A stretch of 64,000 bases of DNA from Eledone cirrhosa (taxonomy: Eukaryota): the NCBI GenBank assembly GCA_964016885.1, contig OZ024741.1, positions 366,544,001 through 366,608,000 on the forward strand, in the 5' to 3' direction. The notes beneath the pieces are model-generated. The model saw only the letters and a list, made by a program, of their open reading frames with translations. It was not told the origin of the DNA and ran no database searches. This document shows positions 26,986-41,320 of this stretch, piece by piece. Position 1 is the first letter of the stretch; each line of letters begins with the position of its first letter. The position numbers and the translations under genes are program-made.

Positions 26986-27199
26986 ATAAGAGGGAGCTGA
27001 AGGATTATTTGTCCCACGAGGAAGTTTTTCCTATTTCAGAACTTAATCGTAGTGCAGAGAAATTATAATAATATCTACACTCTACTTTTCTAAAGTAGAG
27101 TACTAAGTATTCAGTTGTATAATGGTCTTACTGGTCTTAACTAGAAACATCTCATCTATATATATATCCTGAAGATCGGCATGTCTGATTCATTGAAGC

Positions 27200-27352
27200 C
27201 CTCGTTTGCTTCTTCCCGGGTACAATTCATTTTTGCTAGCTAATTGGACTGGAGCAACGTGAAATAAAGTGTCCTGCTCAAGAACACAACGCGCTGATGG
27301 GAATTGAACTCACGCCCTTATGATTGTGAGCCGAATACCTTAAACACAAAGC
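27200..27352 (-). mobile_element. CORE-type SINE
   Basis: gtgaaataaagtgtcctgctcaagaacacaacgc...ggaattgaactc. Confidence 0.7.
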
Positions 27353-29291
27353 CTAATAAGACTTTGTGCATTTGCATATCTGTATTATTCTTATTTATTC
27401 ATGAACAATGTGTGTGAGAGAGAAAGAGGGGGAGAGTGTGTGTGTGTGAGAGAGAGTGAGTGAGTGTATGTGTGTATGTGTCTGTCTGTGTGTGTGTGTG
27501 TGTTAACTCTTAATATCCAGTAATAATTTAGCAGAAAATATCTAAAAACAGTTTTGTTAATTCAAATGTTTATGGCATTACTACTAATGAATAAATCCTT
27601 GTGAAAATTTGCACCACTAAAATCTTTAACCCTTAACATCCTATAGTGGTTTAGCAAAAAATGTCGAGAAACAGGTTTGTGAATTGAAATGCTTATGCCT
27701 TTAGTAGTGACAGGTCATTGTAAAAATTGTACTATTAGAATAAAGACTTTAATTTTAATATGATGTTTCGTATATTTCAAGAATATTTTACTAATGTGGT
27801 TTCATGAGGCACCGGACTTCAATGTTAATAGTAAGCGTGTGTTTACCATTCCTATTTAATTAAATCGGTTCGTCTGAAAACAAGAAACGGCTGCTTTATT
27901 GTGCGTTACGAGGAGAGCGCTGTTGTTTGTATTTTTTTAGTCTTTAAAATATCATTGTGACGCCTCATTTTGAAAGTTCAATAGTATCTCGAGACAGTTC
28001 AGATGTTACATGTCTGTGATATTCTCAATGACAGATAACTAAAGCGATTAACTAATAACGTATAAAAGCAAAATTATCTGAATAAATCTCTCTATGAAAG
28101 AGCATGGTTAATTCATCTTTCAAAGTCGATCGGTAGTAGACTGACTGACGTATTAGAGTCTCGAATGGAATTTATTTTGCTTCTTTTAGAGATGAACAGA
28201 TTACACAAACTGAAGTAGCAATTAAGTTGATGTTTCACGCGATGGCCAATTGCATCGAGCATTTAAACATTTACTTTAGTCAGCGATAACACCTCTCTAC
28301 TTAAGTATCGGCATTGTACAAGCAATTCATATTGACACATTGATCTATTAAACTAATGCGTACAATATAATGCGATTAAACACGGTTCTCTCCCTTTTTC
28401 CCCTTCTTCATGATTACTTCTATTTTTCACTCTTTCTCGGTAACGACTAGGAACTTAACTGTTAGTTTTTGGTTTCTCTTCACAGTTATTGACTCTATAT
28501 AAACACTCATCCGACTATTATTAAAGAACACTGCGTGCGTAACTAAGTATTCATTCTCAATTATCCCTTTGTAAGTAGTCGATTCTAAAGTAACATTTTA
28601 TCGGAAATTGTTAGCTGTTGTTCCTCTATCGAGTTTAGTAGTTCTGAGTGATTTTCCAGACAAGAGATTTCTCGCTCTCTCTCTCTCAACATTTTTATAG
28701 ATTTCTCTGCTTTGCTATTCACGTGCATATTTTTGCTTCCGATACTTATAGCTATTAATATTCACGCAATAGTTGCTTACTGTTACCGATTATTGAAGCA
28801 ACTTGCCAATTTCCATGTAAATAACTTATTCATCTAGTTTTCACATGAGTGAAATCGATCTGTTTACACGTAATGTTTATCAGTTTCTTTTCTAATCTCT
28901 ATTCAAAATATAGTTGCCATAATGCAAATAACTATAATAATATTTGATAACTATAAATAATAGTTGAACAGATCGGGTAAAGTACACCTGTAGTGACTGT
29001 ATTTTTAAATGTCAAATTTCCCAATGCTTCTTAATTCAACCAAATTTAGCTTGCACTTCTAATCTATAGTATAATAATTGTGTACAGCCCTTTTTTTAGT
29101 CTGTCACACGAAGGCTACAATCAATCAAAAATTTCAAAAAATTATATTGATAATTCGTGGAATATAAATGTCCTAAAATGCATTCATTCACACCACACAT
29201 CAGCGTTCTCTGTCTAAGGGGGAGGGGGTCATCGGTCTCCCTCTCTTACTCATTCAATCTCTCTCTCTATCACTTTCTCTTTACCTATCTT

Positions 29292-29363
<72 letters not shown>

Positions 29364-29369
29364 GGTGTG

Positions 29370-29580
29370 TGCCTAAGTCGTTAGAGAATTGGATTCGCAA
29401 TCGTTAGGTTGTGGGTTCGATTCCTGAACGGGGTGATGCGTTGTGTCCTTGAGCAAGACACTTTATTTCACCTTGCCCCTTCTACCTTGAGTTGGGACCG
29501 ATAAATAGTATTAGCAATTGGAAGGACCAACGGAAACCTTGTTTCCTCGGTTCGATTTGACGAAAGTCGATCGACTGTCG
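29370..29580 (+). mobile_element. CORE-type tRNA SINE
   Basis: B box ggttcgattcc and CORE gttgtgtccttgagcaagacactttatttcac. Confidence 0.8.
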
Positions 29581-29824
29581 ATATATATATATGTGTGTGT
29601 GTGTGTGTGTCATTCGCAAATGTAGCTTGGTTAAAGTTTTGGGAAGTATTCAAATATTGCTTATTTAGTCTGTAAAACAATGTGTGATGTACTCCTTGTT
29701 ATAACGTTTTCTTTTTTGCAGGGAGAGGGGCATAATTTACAACGATTCCGTGAGGAAAATGTGATTATTTTTATATAGATTACGTGATGGAAGTTCATAT
29801 AATATATATATATTATTATACGTA

Positions 29825-29937
29825 AAATTTGAGCATTCTCAACGCGAAAGGTAGCCGTTACTAGCTGTATACTATTTGCATGGTAACATTTTTGGGGTTA
29901 AGATATAACCACAAATCGAATGGAGAGCGTTCATTTC

Positions 29938-29989
<52 letters not shown>

Positions 29990-30110
29990 CGCTCGCTCGC
30001 GCGCGCGCTCCGTTCGGTTTGTGGTTATATCTTAACCCAAAACATGTTACTATGCAAATAATATCCAGCTGCTAACAGCTACCTTTCGCGCTGAGAATAG
30101 TCAAATTGCG
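29825..30110. mobile_element. Fold-back/MITE with about 105-bp TIRs around a (CT)n core
   Basis: attctcaacgcgaaaggtagc...gttaagatataaccacaaatcgaatggag mirrored by ctccgttcggtttgtggttatatcttaac...gctacctttcgcgctgagaat. Confidence 0.7.
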
Positions 30111-30173
30111 AATATTCATATACACTCATCGCTTCAAACCTTTCCAATTAATATAGATATTATTATTATTCAT

Positions 30174-30365
30174 TTGGATTGACAGTATCGGTAGAGAGTC
30201 GGACACCATGCTTTGCAGCATAGAGTTACGGTCCTTTACGGTCTGAGTTCAAATCCCGCCGAGGTTAACTTTGCCTTTCATCCTTACGGAGTCGATAAAA
30301 TAAAGTACCAGTAATGCACTGGGATAATTGCTCCCCCTTGTACCAAAAGTATAAACAATTATTAT
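30174..30365 (+). mobile_element. Meta-domain tRNA SINE
   Basis: Same consensus as 20201-20385. Confidence 0.85.
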
Positions 30366-31139
30366 TCATTTAAACAATGTTTATTAAGTAAAAAAAACGA
30401 AAAGGGGAAGGAAACAATGTTTCCGTTTAGAAGGTGGCGTTTGTAAGTTGTTGATGTCTGTTATATGGGAGTGGTCTATTTTTGAGATACTCGCAAGGAA
30501 TGAAAAGAAATGGACAACTAGAGCAATAAGTGAAATAATGGAGGTAGCAATAGTTTTTAAACACATCTCAAATAAATTACATAGAATGCTTCACTTCCAA
30601 CAATCGAGGTAAGAAACCAAATTCCAAGTGCTTACCAATATGTCCGAACACGGAAGAGCCGAACTCCCACTGTCATCGCCTCCATCTCTCTCGCCCTCCC
30701 CATCTCTCTGTATTATGAGCAAATGGGGTCCCACGGCTGGCCGCCCCACAGTCCCGGCGGACAGAATGGAGAAGGAGTTTCCCCGGAGGATGGTAAGGGA
30801 GAAAATGCACTGGAAGAACCATTCCATCTGGAGGGGCTAACACCTGCCGCCTGGCCAGCACTCCATTGCTGATATTATCTGTTGGTCACAATCCTGGCAG
30901 AAAGCGCAACAGGAAGTAATGTATTTTTCAAAGGTTACAGCTGGCCGCCCCAATCAGGAATAGAAATAACGACCTTATGAACCCGAGTCCAACACCCTAA
31001 CCACTGAGTCACGTGCCTTCACAATGTTTATTAATCATTTGCCTTGTAGAGCTGAATATAAGTTTCTTTTATATGTTTTACTCTTACTCAACGAAGGAAG
31101 AATAGAGCCCACGAAGCCTCATTATATTTTTCAGGTAAT

Positions 31140-31330
31140 GTGGTGGATTGGCAGTATCGGTAGAGGGTCAGACGCCATACTTTGCAGCAAAGAGTTACAG
31201 TCGTTTATAGTCTGAGTTCAAATCCCACCGAGGTTAACTTTGCTTTTCATCTTTACGAGGTCGGTAAAATAAAGTACCAGTAATACACTGAGATGATTGC
31301 TGGCCTTGTGCCAAAAGTAGAAACAATTAT
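31140..31330 (+). mobile_element. Meta-domain tRNA SINE
   Basis: Same consensus as 20201-20385. Confidence 0.85.
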
Positions 31331-31456
31331 TTTTTTCAGGGAATGCGAAACTTAAGGGAGAAAGCGAGAAAACTATCAACATATCCGACATCTAGCCCGA
31401 AAAGTCAGAATACAAACAATTAGAATAAATACCACACTATCGCGGCTCTAACAATT

Positions 31457-31496
<40 letters not shown>

Positions 31497-31601
31497 GTAT
31501 GTATGTATATGTATGTATGCATGCATGCATGTATATGTATGTATGTATATGTATGTATGCATGCATGTATATTGTATATATATATATGTATGCATGCATG
31601 C

Positions 31602-31638
<37 letters not shown>

Positions 31639-32050
31639 TATGTATACGTACATACATATATGTATACAGACGTACAGTAGTATGTATATATATACATACA
31701 TGCACACATATACATATATATGTACGTATGGATTCACCGAACATTTATGATAATGCTCGGTTTGTTTGTAAACAAACATCCCGAATTACGCCGTACAGTG
31801 TTTAGCTACCATCGTTGCTCTTTTGTTCAACACTGACAAAGGAACGATGTACTAGTTTCAAGCTTATTAGATTTCGTCAGCACCGTATACCTTCCTGCCA
31901 GATGATTGAACGTCTGAAAGTATATACTTTCCTTATGCATATTAACGGCTGAGTAGCCTAATTTGCATATCGAGTGAGTTACTTGGCCGGGCGTACCGAT
32001 AGTAACAGCCGTACTAAGAGTGAGAAATGAAATTTCGTTTCATTTTTTCC

Positions 32051-32144
<94 letters not shown>

Positions 32145-33033
32145 CACGAGGTGTGTCAGAAAAGTTACAGGACTGTTGTCACAAAAGATTTATTTCAAAC
32201 CAAACCTTCACACTAAGTGTTTTCTCCTTCAAAAAAGTAATCTCCCTGGAGTATGTAACTGTAATCTTAGCTCTCTGCAGCGATCAAACTTTTTCTTCAT
32301 AATTTTATATACATGTCCTCTGTTTCAGGTCGTCAAGCAATGAGCACAGAGCAACGAACAAACTTGAAGTTTCTGGTATGTTTGGGGATAACTCCGTTAG
32401 AAGCACTGGGATTGCTGCAGCAAGTGTATGGAGATGAGACGATGTCACGCTCACGTGTTTTTGAGTGGTGCAAGATGACCCCAGGAGCGGAAGGCCCTCA
32501 ACAACCAGGACTGAGGTCAACGTTGAGCGCGTCAGGCAGATGGTGCGTAGCGATCGTCGGCTGACTGTTCGACTGATGGCAAATGAGCTGAGCATGAATC
32601 GGGACAGCGTCTGGAAGATTCTCTCTGAAGATTTGTACATGCGGAAAGTCTGCGCGAAGTTGGTGCCAAAACTGCTGAACGATGACCAGAAGGGTCGACG
32701 CATGCAAGTGTGCCAGGACATCCTCGAGCGTCTTGAAACCGAATCAGACTTGCTAGGGACAGTCATCACTGGTGATGAGTCATGGATCTTCGAGTACGAC
32801 CCGGCGGGGACCCGTTTTGAAGACGTGTACGACATCAAAAAGGCCGTGACGACGGAACTGCGGCGGATCCCGGAAGAATCCTTCCAGGAGTGCATGCAAG
32901 CGTGGCAGAAAAGGATAGAAAAGTGCATTAGGCTCCAGAAGGATTACTTTGAGGAGAAAACTCTTAGTGTGAAGTTTGGGTTTGAAATAAATCTTTTGTG
33001 ACATCAGTCCTGGAACTTTTCTGACACCCCTCG

Positions 33034-33035
<2 letters not shown>
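32145..33035 (+). mobile_element. Internally deleted mariner transposon in (TA)n
   Basis: Long TIRs (acgaggggtgtcagaaaagttccaggactg...) and TA flanks. Transposase pieces EQRTNLKF..VFEWCK / DDPRSGRP..LVPKLL..ITGDESWIFEYDP are joined to the C-terminal ..KCIRLQKDYFE; frameshifted and lacking most of the DD34D domain. Confidence 0.92.
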
Positions 33036-33065
<30 letters not shown>

Positions 33066-33109
33066 CATGCATGCATGCATGTATGTATATGTATATATAT
33101 GTATATATA

Positions 33110-33575
33110 TGGTCGGGTCGCCGGCGACTAAACCGGCAACCCCACCAAGCTTGCTTGGTGAGGAGGGTAATATTTGGACACTCTGTGAGATGAAATACAA
33201 GACCCGGCAAAGGGTGGAGGAACTCAACAGAGTCAACGGCCATCCAAATAGTACTTTTTTCCACATGGGAGTGAAAGGTCCCCAGTTGTTGTCACAACAC
33301 CTTTCTAGGAGTTGGAAACTCTGAAAAAAAAGAACCTGCGGCTTCGGAAGCATCTGATGATGTTGACCAGTTCTCCTTTTCGGGTAGTGGTTTCGATGCT
33401 CAGAGAGTGGGACTGGTCGAGTGCAAGGCCTTTCCCCACGTAAAAAACCTTCAAAGCACAGGCATTGCTTATTCAGGATCTGTTACAGGTTCGTATGGCT
33501 GGTTGTAGCCTAAAGGTGCACCATTTTCTGTAATCTGACAAGCGATAACAATACTCTTAGCAGAGTTTCCAGCCA

Positions 33576-33580
<5 letters not shown>
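33110..33580 (+). mobile_element. RTE-derived non-autonomous element (divergent family)
   Basis: 5' block ggtcgggtcgccggcgactaaacc..., a cagagagtgggactgg..gtgca block shared with the RTE 5' UTR, and a 3' hairpin ctct-tagc-agag..gccacc. Confidence 0.7.
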
Positions 33581-33638
<58 letters not shown>

Positions 33639-34919
33639 TATATATATTAATATATCCTTCATAATTGTTAGCATTCTGCTTCTGCTGACATAAATCACAT
33701 TTTCATTCATTAATTAGTATAAAAATGACTAAGTAGAGTAAAGAGGAGATTTGTCTCATTTATTAAATATTACATGATAAAATTTAGCAGCTGCTTCATG
33801 TAAAGCAACAGCAAAATACAATTAGCAACACATTTCAATAGAAACTTTTCGCATACAACAGACATCTTAACGATAAATGTGTTTTAGTACTGTTGATTCA
33901 AATAAGAGGACTATTATAAAACAATTGAATTCAGTGTATTATTTTTAATGAACGAAATCTGAAGAGATGATCGACATCTGATATTTTACCCTGTTGCCGT
34001 TGTTGTTTATGATGTTGTTTTATACATCATTTGTTGCACAAATTGGTATTTTTCTTAATTTAAGTTGTTATTAAAGTTACTTCTTACCTAGTGTTGGAAT
34101 TTTTAATTTTGTTTTACTTTTCATATATTTGAAAAAGGTTCAATATACTTTCATGGTGAGGCTTTTGTTTGTTTGTTTGTTTGTTTTTGTTTTTTTTTGC
34201 TTTGCTTCTATATAAATTATTGTTATGAATTTAAGTCTCAACTACTAAGATAATTATAATATATAATTCGAGCCAACTTGTGAATGTCTACCTGTAAATA
34301 GCAACGAAACCTCCCTCAGATTGCACTCTACCTCTATAACTATATTGTATAATGCAGGCTATGGTACAACACAATGCATTTTTTAATAGGGATCCATTAT
34401 TCGAGAAAAATTAACTAGGAGGATTTTGTTAATTTGCATTTAACAAAAACCTTAGACATCTTAAATAATTATTCGATGTCTTGAATTATACATACATACA
34501 TATGCTCTGAGTTCAACTCGTGGGGTCTACATTGCCGTTTTTTACATTCAGTGTCACTAAAATAAAATGTCTGTTCAGGGCTGAGGATGAGCAGATTTGC
34601 TAGATCAAACTATACACCAAAGCGTCCATGATGAAACCTTTCACCGTAACTCATACTGCAAATCTTGGAATGGCTAGTGCATAGTTTATTCTTGTTCAAT
34701 ATATGACAAATGATGTTAAAATTATCAATTGTCTTTCATGTTCCATACATAATCTGAAAGGGTTGTGGCGTTGCTCTTTTACTCGTTTTGGAAACATGAA
34801 ATGTGATTATAGTATCGTGTCTGAAATTACTATCAGTAATGACATTAATACTATTATACAAGCAAATTTACTTCTGATTTACTTCTGAAATATTGGGTAA
34901 TTTGCAAAGAGCTGTAATA

Positions 34920-35378
34920 AATGTTTCTACTATTGGCACAAGGCCAGCAATTACCCAGTACATTACTGGTACTTTATTTTATCGACCCCGTAAGGATGAA
35001 AGGCAAAGTTGACCTCGGCGGGATTTGAACTCAGAATAGAAAGGGCCGTACCTCTATGCGTCAAAGCATGGCGTCCGATCCTCTACCGATACTGCCATCC
35101 ACTAGCTGTAATAATAGTTGATAACTATGAATAACAGTTGAATAAATCGGGATGGATGACTGATATATTGAGCTATTATTTATAGTTATCAACTATCTTG
35201 CAGTATCGGTAGAGGGTCGGACGCCAAGCTTTGCAGCATAGAGTTACGGCTCTTTATGGTCTGAGTTCAAATCCCGCCGAGGTTAACTTTGCCTTTCATT
35301 CTTACGGGGTCGATAAAATTATGTACCAGTAATGTACTGGGTAATTGCTGGCCTTGTGCCAAAAGTAGAAACAATTAT
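34920..35378. mobile_element. Two head-to-head Meta-domain SINEs (34920-35102 -, 35198-35378 +)
   Basis: SINE consensus on opposite strands. Confidence 0.85.
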
Positions 35379-35777
35379 AGTTAACTGCATTGTGGTGATC
35401 ATATTTTGAAAAAGAACACACACACACACGTTCATATATATATGATTGTTAAATAGAATTGGCACAGTTTCCGTCCTTTTTACACTCGCTCAATAATTTC
35501 ATTAAGTCTGTATTATTAAAATACAAACCCAACAAACTAAAGTGAACACTTGTACGTTAATTAGGGAGAAAAACGGCTTCTGTTGGTAGGAAATTGGAAT
35601 TTTCAGGACCCAGTATGATGCACCAGTTTCTAAGATTCCGATCTGGAACTACCATTTGCAGATATTAGGTAATGTTAGTAAACATTATATAATTCGGCTA
35701 GAATCGCGTCCCCGGCGGATGTTAGCCTCCCTGGAATGGAAAGATCAGTTTAGCGAGGTAGTACACCGCGCTGATGG

Positions 35778-35819
<42 letters not shown>

Positions 35820-36275
35820 GCGGGCGGTTTCGATTAAAGTTTCAATTGTACTATTTTATGAAATCAATACAGTCTGAAAAATCTAATGTAAGAAAATATC
35901 TCAGGTTTTCTTTTACATTTTCCATACTTAGGTAATTAGTTTCCACTTTAAACATTGAACTACTTCTAAAATATCTTTGAGATGGAGAATTTCGGCATAA
36001 AAGTTTTCGGGCAACTTCACCCCTCTGCCTGTATTTAGTTATTGATTAAATGCCAAAAGCGTCCAAGCGTTCGGATTTTTATTGTGAAAGCTACCACATT
36101 TTCTACAAGGTTTCCATTTCTCCTCATTTTCTGCTGAAACTAACCCCTATCCGTTTCCCACCTTCAACCTCACATCTTCGTTTAGCACATATATGTGTGG
36201 GGGGGGAAATGTATATATATATATATATATGTGTGTGTTTATATATGTGTGTGAGTGTGTATGTATGTATGTATG

Positions 36276-36306
<31 letters not shown>

Positions 36307-36398
36307 ATATATATATATATATGTGTACATATATATATATATATATGTGTGTACATATATATATATATATATATGTACACACATATATATATATATGT

Positions 36399-36435
<37 letters not shown>

Positions 36436-36805
36436 CATACATATATATATATACATACATTCATACATACATATATATACAATATATGTATATATATATA
36501 CATTCATACATATATATACATACATATATATACAATATATATATATATATACATAGGTAGATAGATATATAAGATGTATAGTTAGTTCATCTATATTTAT
36601 ATCTATCTATCTAAGTATCTATATTTATATTTTACTATATATCTATTTATATATCTTTCTATCCAATTCTATCGCTCTGTCATCTTATTTTTCTCATTTG
36701 ATCGTTCCTTCACTTTTTCTTTTCTTTTCCATTTCACATTCATTCTCTCTCTCCCTCTCTATCTCTCTATCTCTCTCTCTCTCTATCTCCCTCTCTCTCT
36801 ATATC

Positions 36806-36900
<95 letters not shown>

Positions 36901-37067
36901 CTTTCTACTTATCTATTTATCTACCTATAGGTCTGTCTTTCTCTTTTACTCGTAAAACTTTTTGCTTTAGTTTTTTTTTGTTTTTTACTTTAACAACTGT
37001 CAATCAATCAAAATTGTTTATCTCCTTCTCTCTCTCTTTCTATCTCTCTCTATCTATCTATCCATCG

Positions 37068-37107
<40 letters not shown>

Positions 37108-37164
37108 CTCTCATTCTCTCTCGTCGTTCCAGTCTCATTTTAACTCATTCTCTCCTCTCTCTCC

Positions 37165-37200
<36 letters not shown>

Positions 37201-37326
37201 GTAAATATATCTATATATATTCTTCCATTGTCTCGCTTTCTCTCTCCCTCTCTTTCTCTCCCCCTCTCTCTCTCTTTCTCTCTCCTTCTCTTTCTTTCTC
37301 CCCCCCCCCCCTCTCTCCCTCTCTCA

Positions 37327-37362
<36 letters not shown>

Positions 37363-38093
37363 TCCTATGTTCTTTCTCTTCTCTCATTCTCTACGTATCT
37401 ATCTATCTATCTCTTCTCTGTATTTTTTTTGTTCGTGTTTCCTGCCTTTCACCTTGACTGCATCTCAGCTTAACTTCATTAAATGGCCCCTACCTTCCTC
37501 TCTCTCTCGTTCCTTGTTTTTCTGTGTCTATATACCTTCTCTATATCTTGCTATATGTTTCCATCGTTGTACCAAACACTATACTTAACTGTCTTACAAT
37601 TTATTACCTGGAGCTGCTTAAACGACTTATTGATTTTCTTCTCTGGGCACAAATTCAATGTTGTTATTCTTATTCTTATTCTTATTCTTCTTATTCTTAT
37701 TTTTCTCGTTCTTCTGCTTATTGTTTAGCCCCAGGTCAACAATTCTAGTCCATGATACCTGGAATTGAATGGACCTCTGTTGGTTTTGTGTATCTTGGGC
37801 AAGAGTCATTTACCACTGCCTCTGGCTATTTACCATAGCATCAGTAAACTATTTCGAAGCCTGTCAGATGGGCCGTAAGTGTAATTCAAAGAGCTAGCCT
37901 TGTCACACACTGAGAAAAGAAGAAATGGGCTTACAGTCAATTGAATAACATGAAATCGTCATGTAGCTTGAGGGCTTTGTAGTTTAGTTTTATCATAGAA
38001 TCGTATATATGAGTGCATGTGTGTGTATATGTATTTATATATATATATATACATTCACACACACATACATATATAGATAGATAGATAGATATA

Positions 38094-41000
38094 TTTCTTT
38101 TATTTGCCACTAGGGCATCAAAAGTGGGACAAGTACAAAGGGGGGAGTTTACACAAAAAGGCGTCCTCAATAAGGAGGAGGCAATAACAAAATATAAAAA
38201 TAAAATAAGATATAACAAAAAATAAAATTTTTAACAAAATCCTCAATAGAGAGGAGGCGCCTTGGGGGGTCGCACACACCCCCGAAAAAGGTGTGCAACC
38301 CTTCTCCTCAGGAGCACAGAGAAGGGGTGCTCCCTTGGTCTTTCATCTTCCTCACCTATAGTCTGATGTAGAGTGAAGGCCCATTCACACGGGCCATTCT
38401 CGCCACTTTCACCCACCTTTCATAGAAACGGCTGGGGTGCAGCACCTCTCTCTCCATCCTGATCCTTCTTCCGAAATGATATCGGAAGAAACGGACCAGT
38501 TGTTGGCCAGAGAGAAAGGTGCCCGACCTCAGTCCTTTCAGACGCGTCCACCATACAACCTCTTTCGCCATGGCTATTACGCACAGAAACACCGCCTCTG
38601 CTTCATCTTTGAAGGGGGGAGGCGGCTTGATCATTACAATAGACTCGGTGGTCAACCGGATCGGTCCCACCCTTGACAGCAGTTGTTCGACATAGCCCCA
38701 CAGATCGGCTACGCCCGAGCAGTGTACTAATGCGTGTGCAACGGTTTCCTCGTCGCACACGCATCTGGGACAGATCTTTTTGGCGGGGTCCCTACTCGGG
38801 CGCCCGTGTCTGTAGAGCCTTTCTCGAACGGGTAAAGCCCCTCGGTAGCACTGCCAGGCCAGGGACTTCTGGAAGTTGTCCATAGGTCCCGGGCTGAATG
38901 TCCTACCGAACAGGCTGGCCAGTTCATCCTCCTCCATGTCTAGGGCTTCTCCGAGGGCGTCGTCGCACCTGCTGCGCACCAGCCCTCTATAGAATGTTGC
39001 GGTGGAGTCTCCACTGATAACCGGATCCGCCTGCCAGAGGGCGGTGAGCGCCTGGGCACACTCAGTGTGCCAGGCGCCCAGTTTTCTCGGTCTTTGCTTG
39101 ACCCAGGATTGCAGCTCGGTGAGTGAGACGAGTCTGGGAAAGGTTCGTCTCACAAACGAGGCCCACACCGGTTGTCCGGTGAGGAATACGTAGAGGTGCC
39201 GTAGCCTTAATGCGTGTTTACGCATCATTAGCCACGGCATCCCCAGCCCTCCTTTCGAAGGGTGTTGACAGCAGATGGATCTCCTCACCATAGGAGCCCG
39301 CCTCTTCCAAAGGAATTGGAAGAGCGCGCGCTCCATCTTGGTGAGGGTTTCCCTTGGGCAGGGCACTACGGTCAGGCGGTAGTAGATGACGGACGCTATA
39401 TAAGTGTTCGCCACCTCCGCCCGACCTTTCAGGGATAGTTTGCAACTGGCCCACTTCTGGGTCAGTGCAAACACCCTGTTCGTAACCTTCGCCCAGTTTT
39501 TCTCCACCTGGAGGTCCGGTCCGAACCAGACCCCGAGCAACTTCACCGGGCCCTCCGTCCAGCGTCCGACGACGCTATCGGAGGGCATCGGTCTGCCCCT
39601 CCACGTGCCGAGTTGCAAACCGATCGACTTGTCCCGGTTCAGCTTAGCCCCTGTGAACTTTTCGTACTCCTCCAGTAAGGTGCCGACCGCCTCGATTTCG
39701 GAGGCCGTCGACACCATTACTGTCACGTCATCGGCGTAGGCCGACACCGCTTTCCGCAATCCCGGTTCCAAAGGGATGCCCTGCAACAACTCCAACTTCC
39801 GCAGTAGTGGCTCGAGAGTCAACACATACAGAAGGGAGGAGAGAGGGCACCCTTGTCGGATGGACCGCGCGATTTTGAACGGCTCCGAGAGGTAGCCGTT
39901 CACCTTGACCCTAGAGCAGATGCGGCTGCTGTGCATAGCAGTGATCCAGCCCCTGAAAACGGGTCCGAAGCCTGCCGCCGCTAGCACCGCATCCAGGTAA
40001 CCATCGTCGACCCTATCGAACGCCTTAGATTGATCCAAGTTGATCAGAGCCCCACCAAAGCCGGGTTCGTTCCCAACCCTCTCTATGATGTATCGCATGA
40101 GATGGAGGTTGTCATGGATGGACCTGGACGGGATAGCGCATGTCTGCGCATCTCCCACCAGGTTGCCCACGACAAGCGCCAACCTCTTTGCTAGCACCTT
40201 GGCCAAAATCTGTAACTCTGTATTTAGCAGTGTTATGGGCCTGAAGTTACTTATTTCGTCCCCCTTGTTCTCGTCCTTCCTCACTAGCGTGACTACGCCC
40301 TTGGTCACAGTACAGGGAATTCTCCCGTTCTGTTGCCAGTTGCAGTAGACCGCCTCGAGGAGATCGGGGAACAAGTCCGGCATAGCTAGATATAATTCGT
40401 AAGGAAAACCATCGAGACCCGGGGATTTGCGTTTGCCGCATTGGCTCAGCACGTCCTCTATCTCAGCGGCCGAAATCGGCTCCTCGCAGGACTTCGCCTC
40501 CCTGTCCGAGAGGCGCGGCAGGCCGTCGAGGTATGGACCGAAGTCCACGTTCCCAACCGGCTCCCCGCCCCTCCCGAACAGTCGGGCAAAATGCCTTTGA
40601 AAGGCCTCACACATCTGCTTAGGCTCAAGAATCGCCCGTCCATCCAGGTCTCGCAAAGACCGGATGGTGGATTTAGTTCCACTGTTGGCCTCTGTCACGC
40701 GGGCCCAGCTAACAGCTTTGGTCCCCTCGTTCCCTAGAGCACGTATTTTACTTCGGACAACGCAGCCTTCGTGCTTCGCGTCGAAAAACTGGCTCAAAGC
40801 CGTTCTCGACGCTAGCACTCTGGCCACGTCGCCGCTTCTAATTGCCTCTTCTACTCTATCTATTAGCTCCCTTTCCTTCCTATTCCTATCCGCAGCTAGA
40901 ACCTTACTAAATTCTATCGAGACTACTCTAATCTCTCTCTTTAGAGATACCCACCACCTGCTGTTGACGATCGCTCCAGTCAACCGTTCCTTAACTAACG

Positions 41001-41231
41001 TACTAATCCGATTCCTGTAGGCTCTACTTGCCGGCAAGGACAAGTTGAGCTTCCAGTAACCGGGGCCCTGTCTATGAGTTCTGTCAAGGTTGACCATGCA
41101 GGTCACTAATTTGTGGTCTGAATAGCTAACAATGCGCATTTTTGGACAACTTAAAAAGTCCTTATCCTTAATTCTAACTAAGAACCTATCTAGGTACGAC
41201 CTAGATGATCCGCTACGATTTGCCCAAGTCC
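38094..41231 (-). mobile_element. 5'-truncated L1/Tx1-clade LINE inserted in (GATA)n
   Basis: A 15-bp direct repeat agatagatagatata flanks both ends (38079-38093, 41232-41246); 3' UTR 38094-38355. Confidence 0.88.
38356..41231 (-). CDS. Tx1/L1-like ORF2 (end of APE endonuclease, RT, CCHC knuckle); open but 5'-truncated
   Basis: WTW..SYLDRFL..SDHKLV, WKLN, KSPGLDG, FRPITLLN, LDQSKAFDRV, RQGCPLS, AYADD and CPRC-x8-H-x4-C. The listed 927-aa ORF spans 38356-41139. Confidence 0.9.
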
Positions 41232-41320
41232 AGATAGATAGATATACACGGGTGTGTATGATTGTGTATAGAAGATTATATTAATAAGAAAATTGCAAAC
41301 TTGACTGTCACCACACATTA

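Noticed and set aside
27500-29200. Complex AT-rich stretch as a possible exon or conserved element
   Set aside because: No ORF, motif or repeat that I can support from sequence alone.
33955-33990. CTGAAGA gatg-atcga-catc hammerhead-like start
   Set aside because: It lacks GAAA and stem III.
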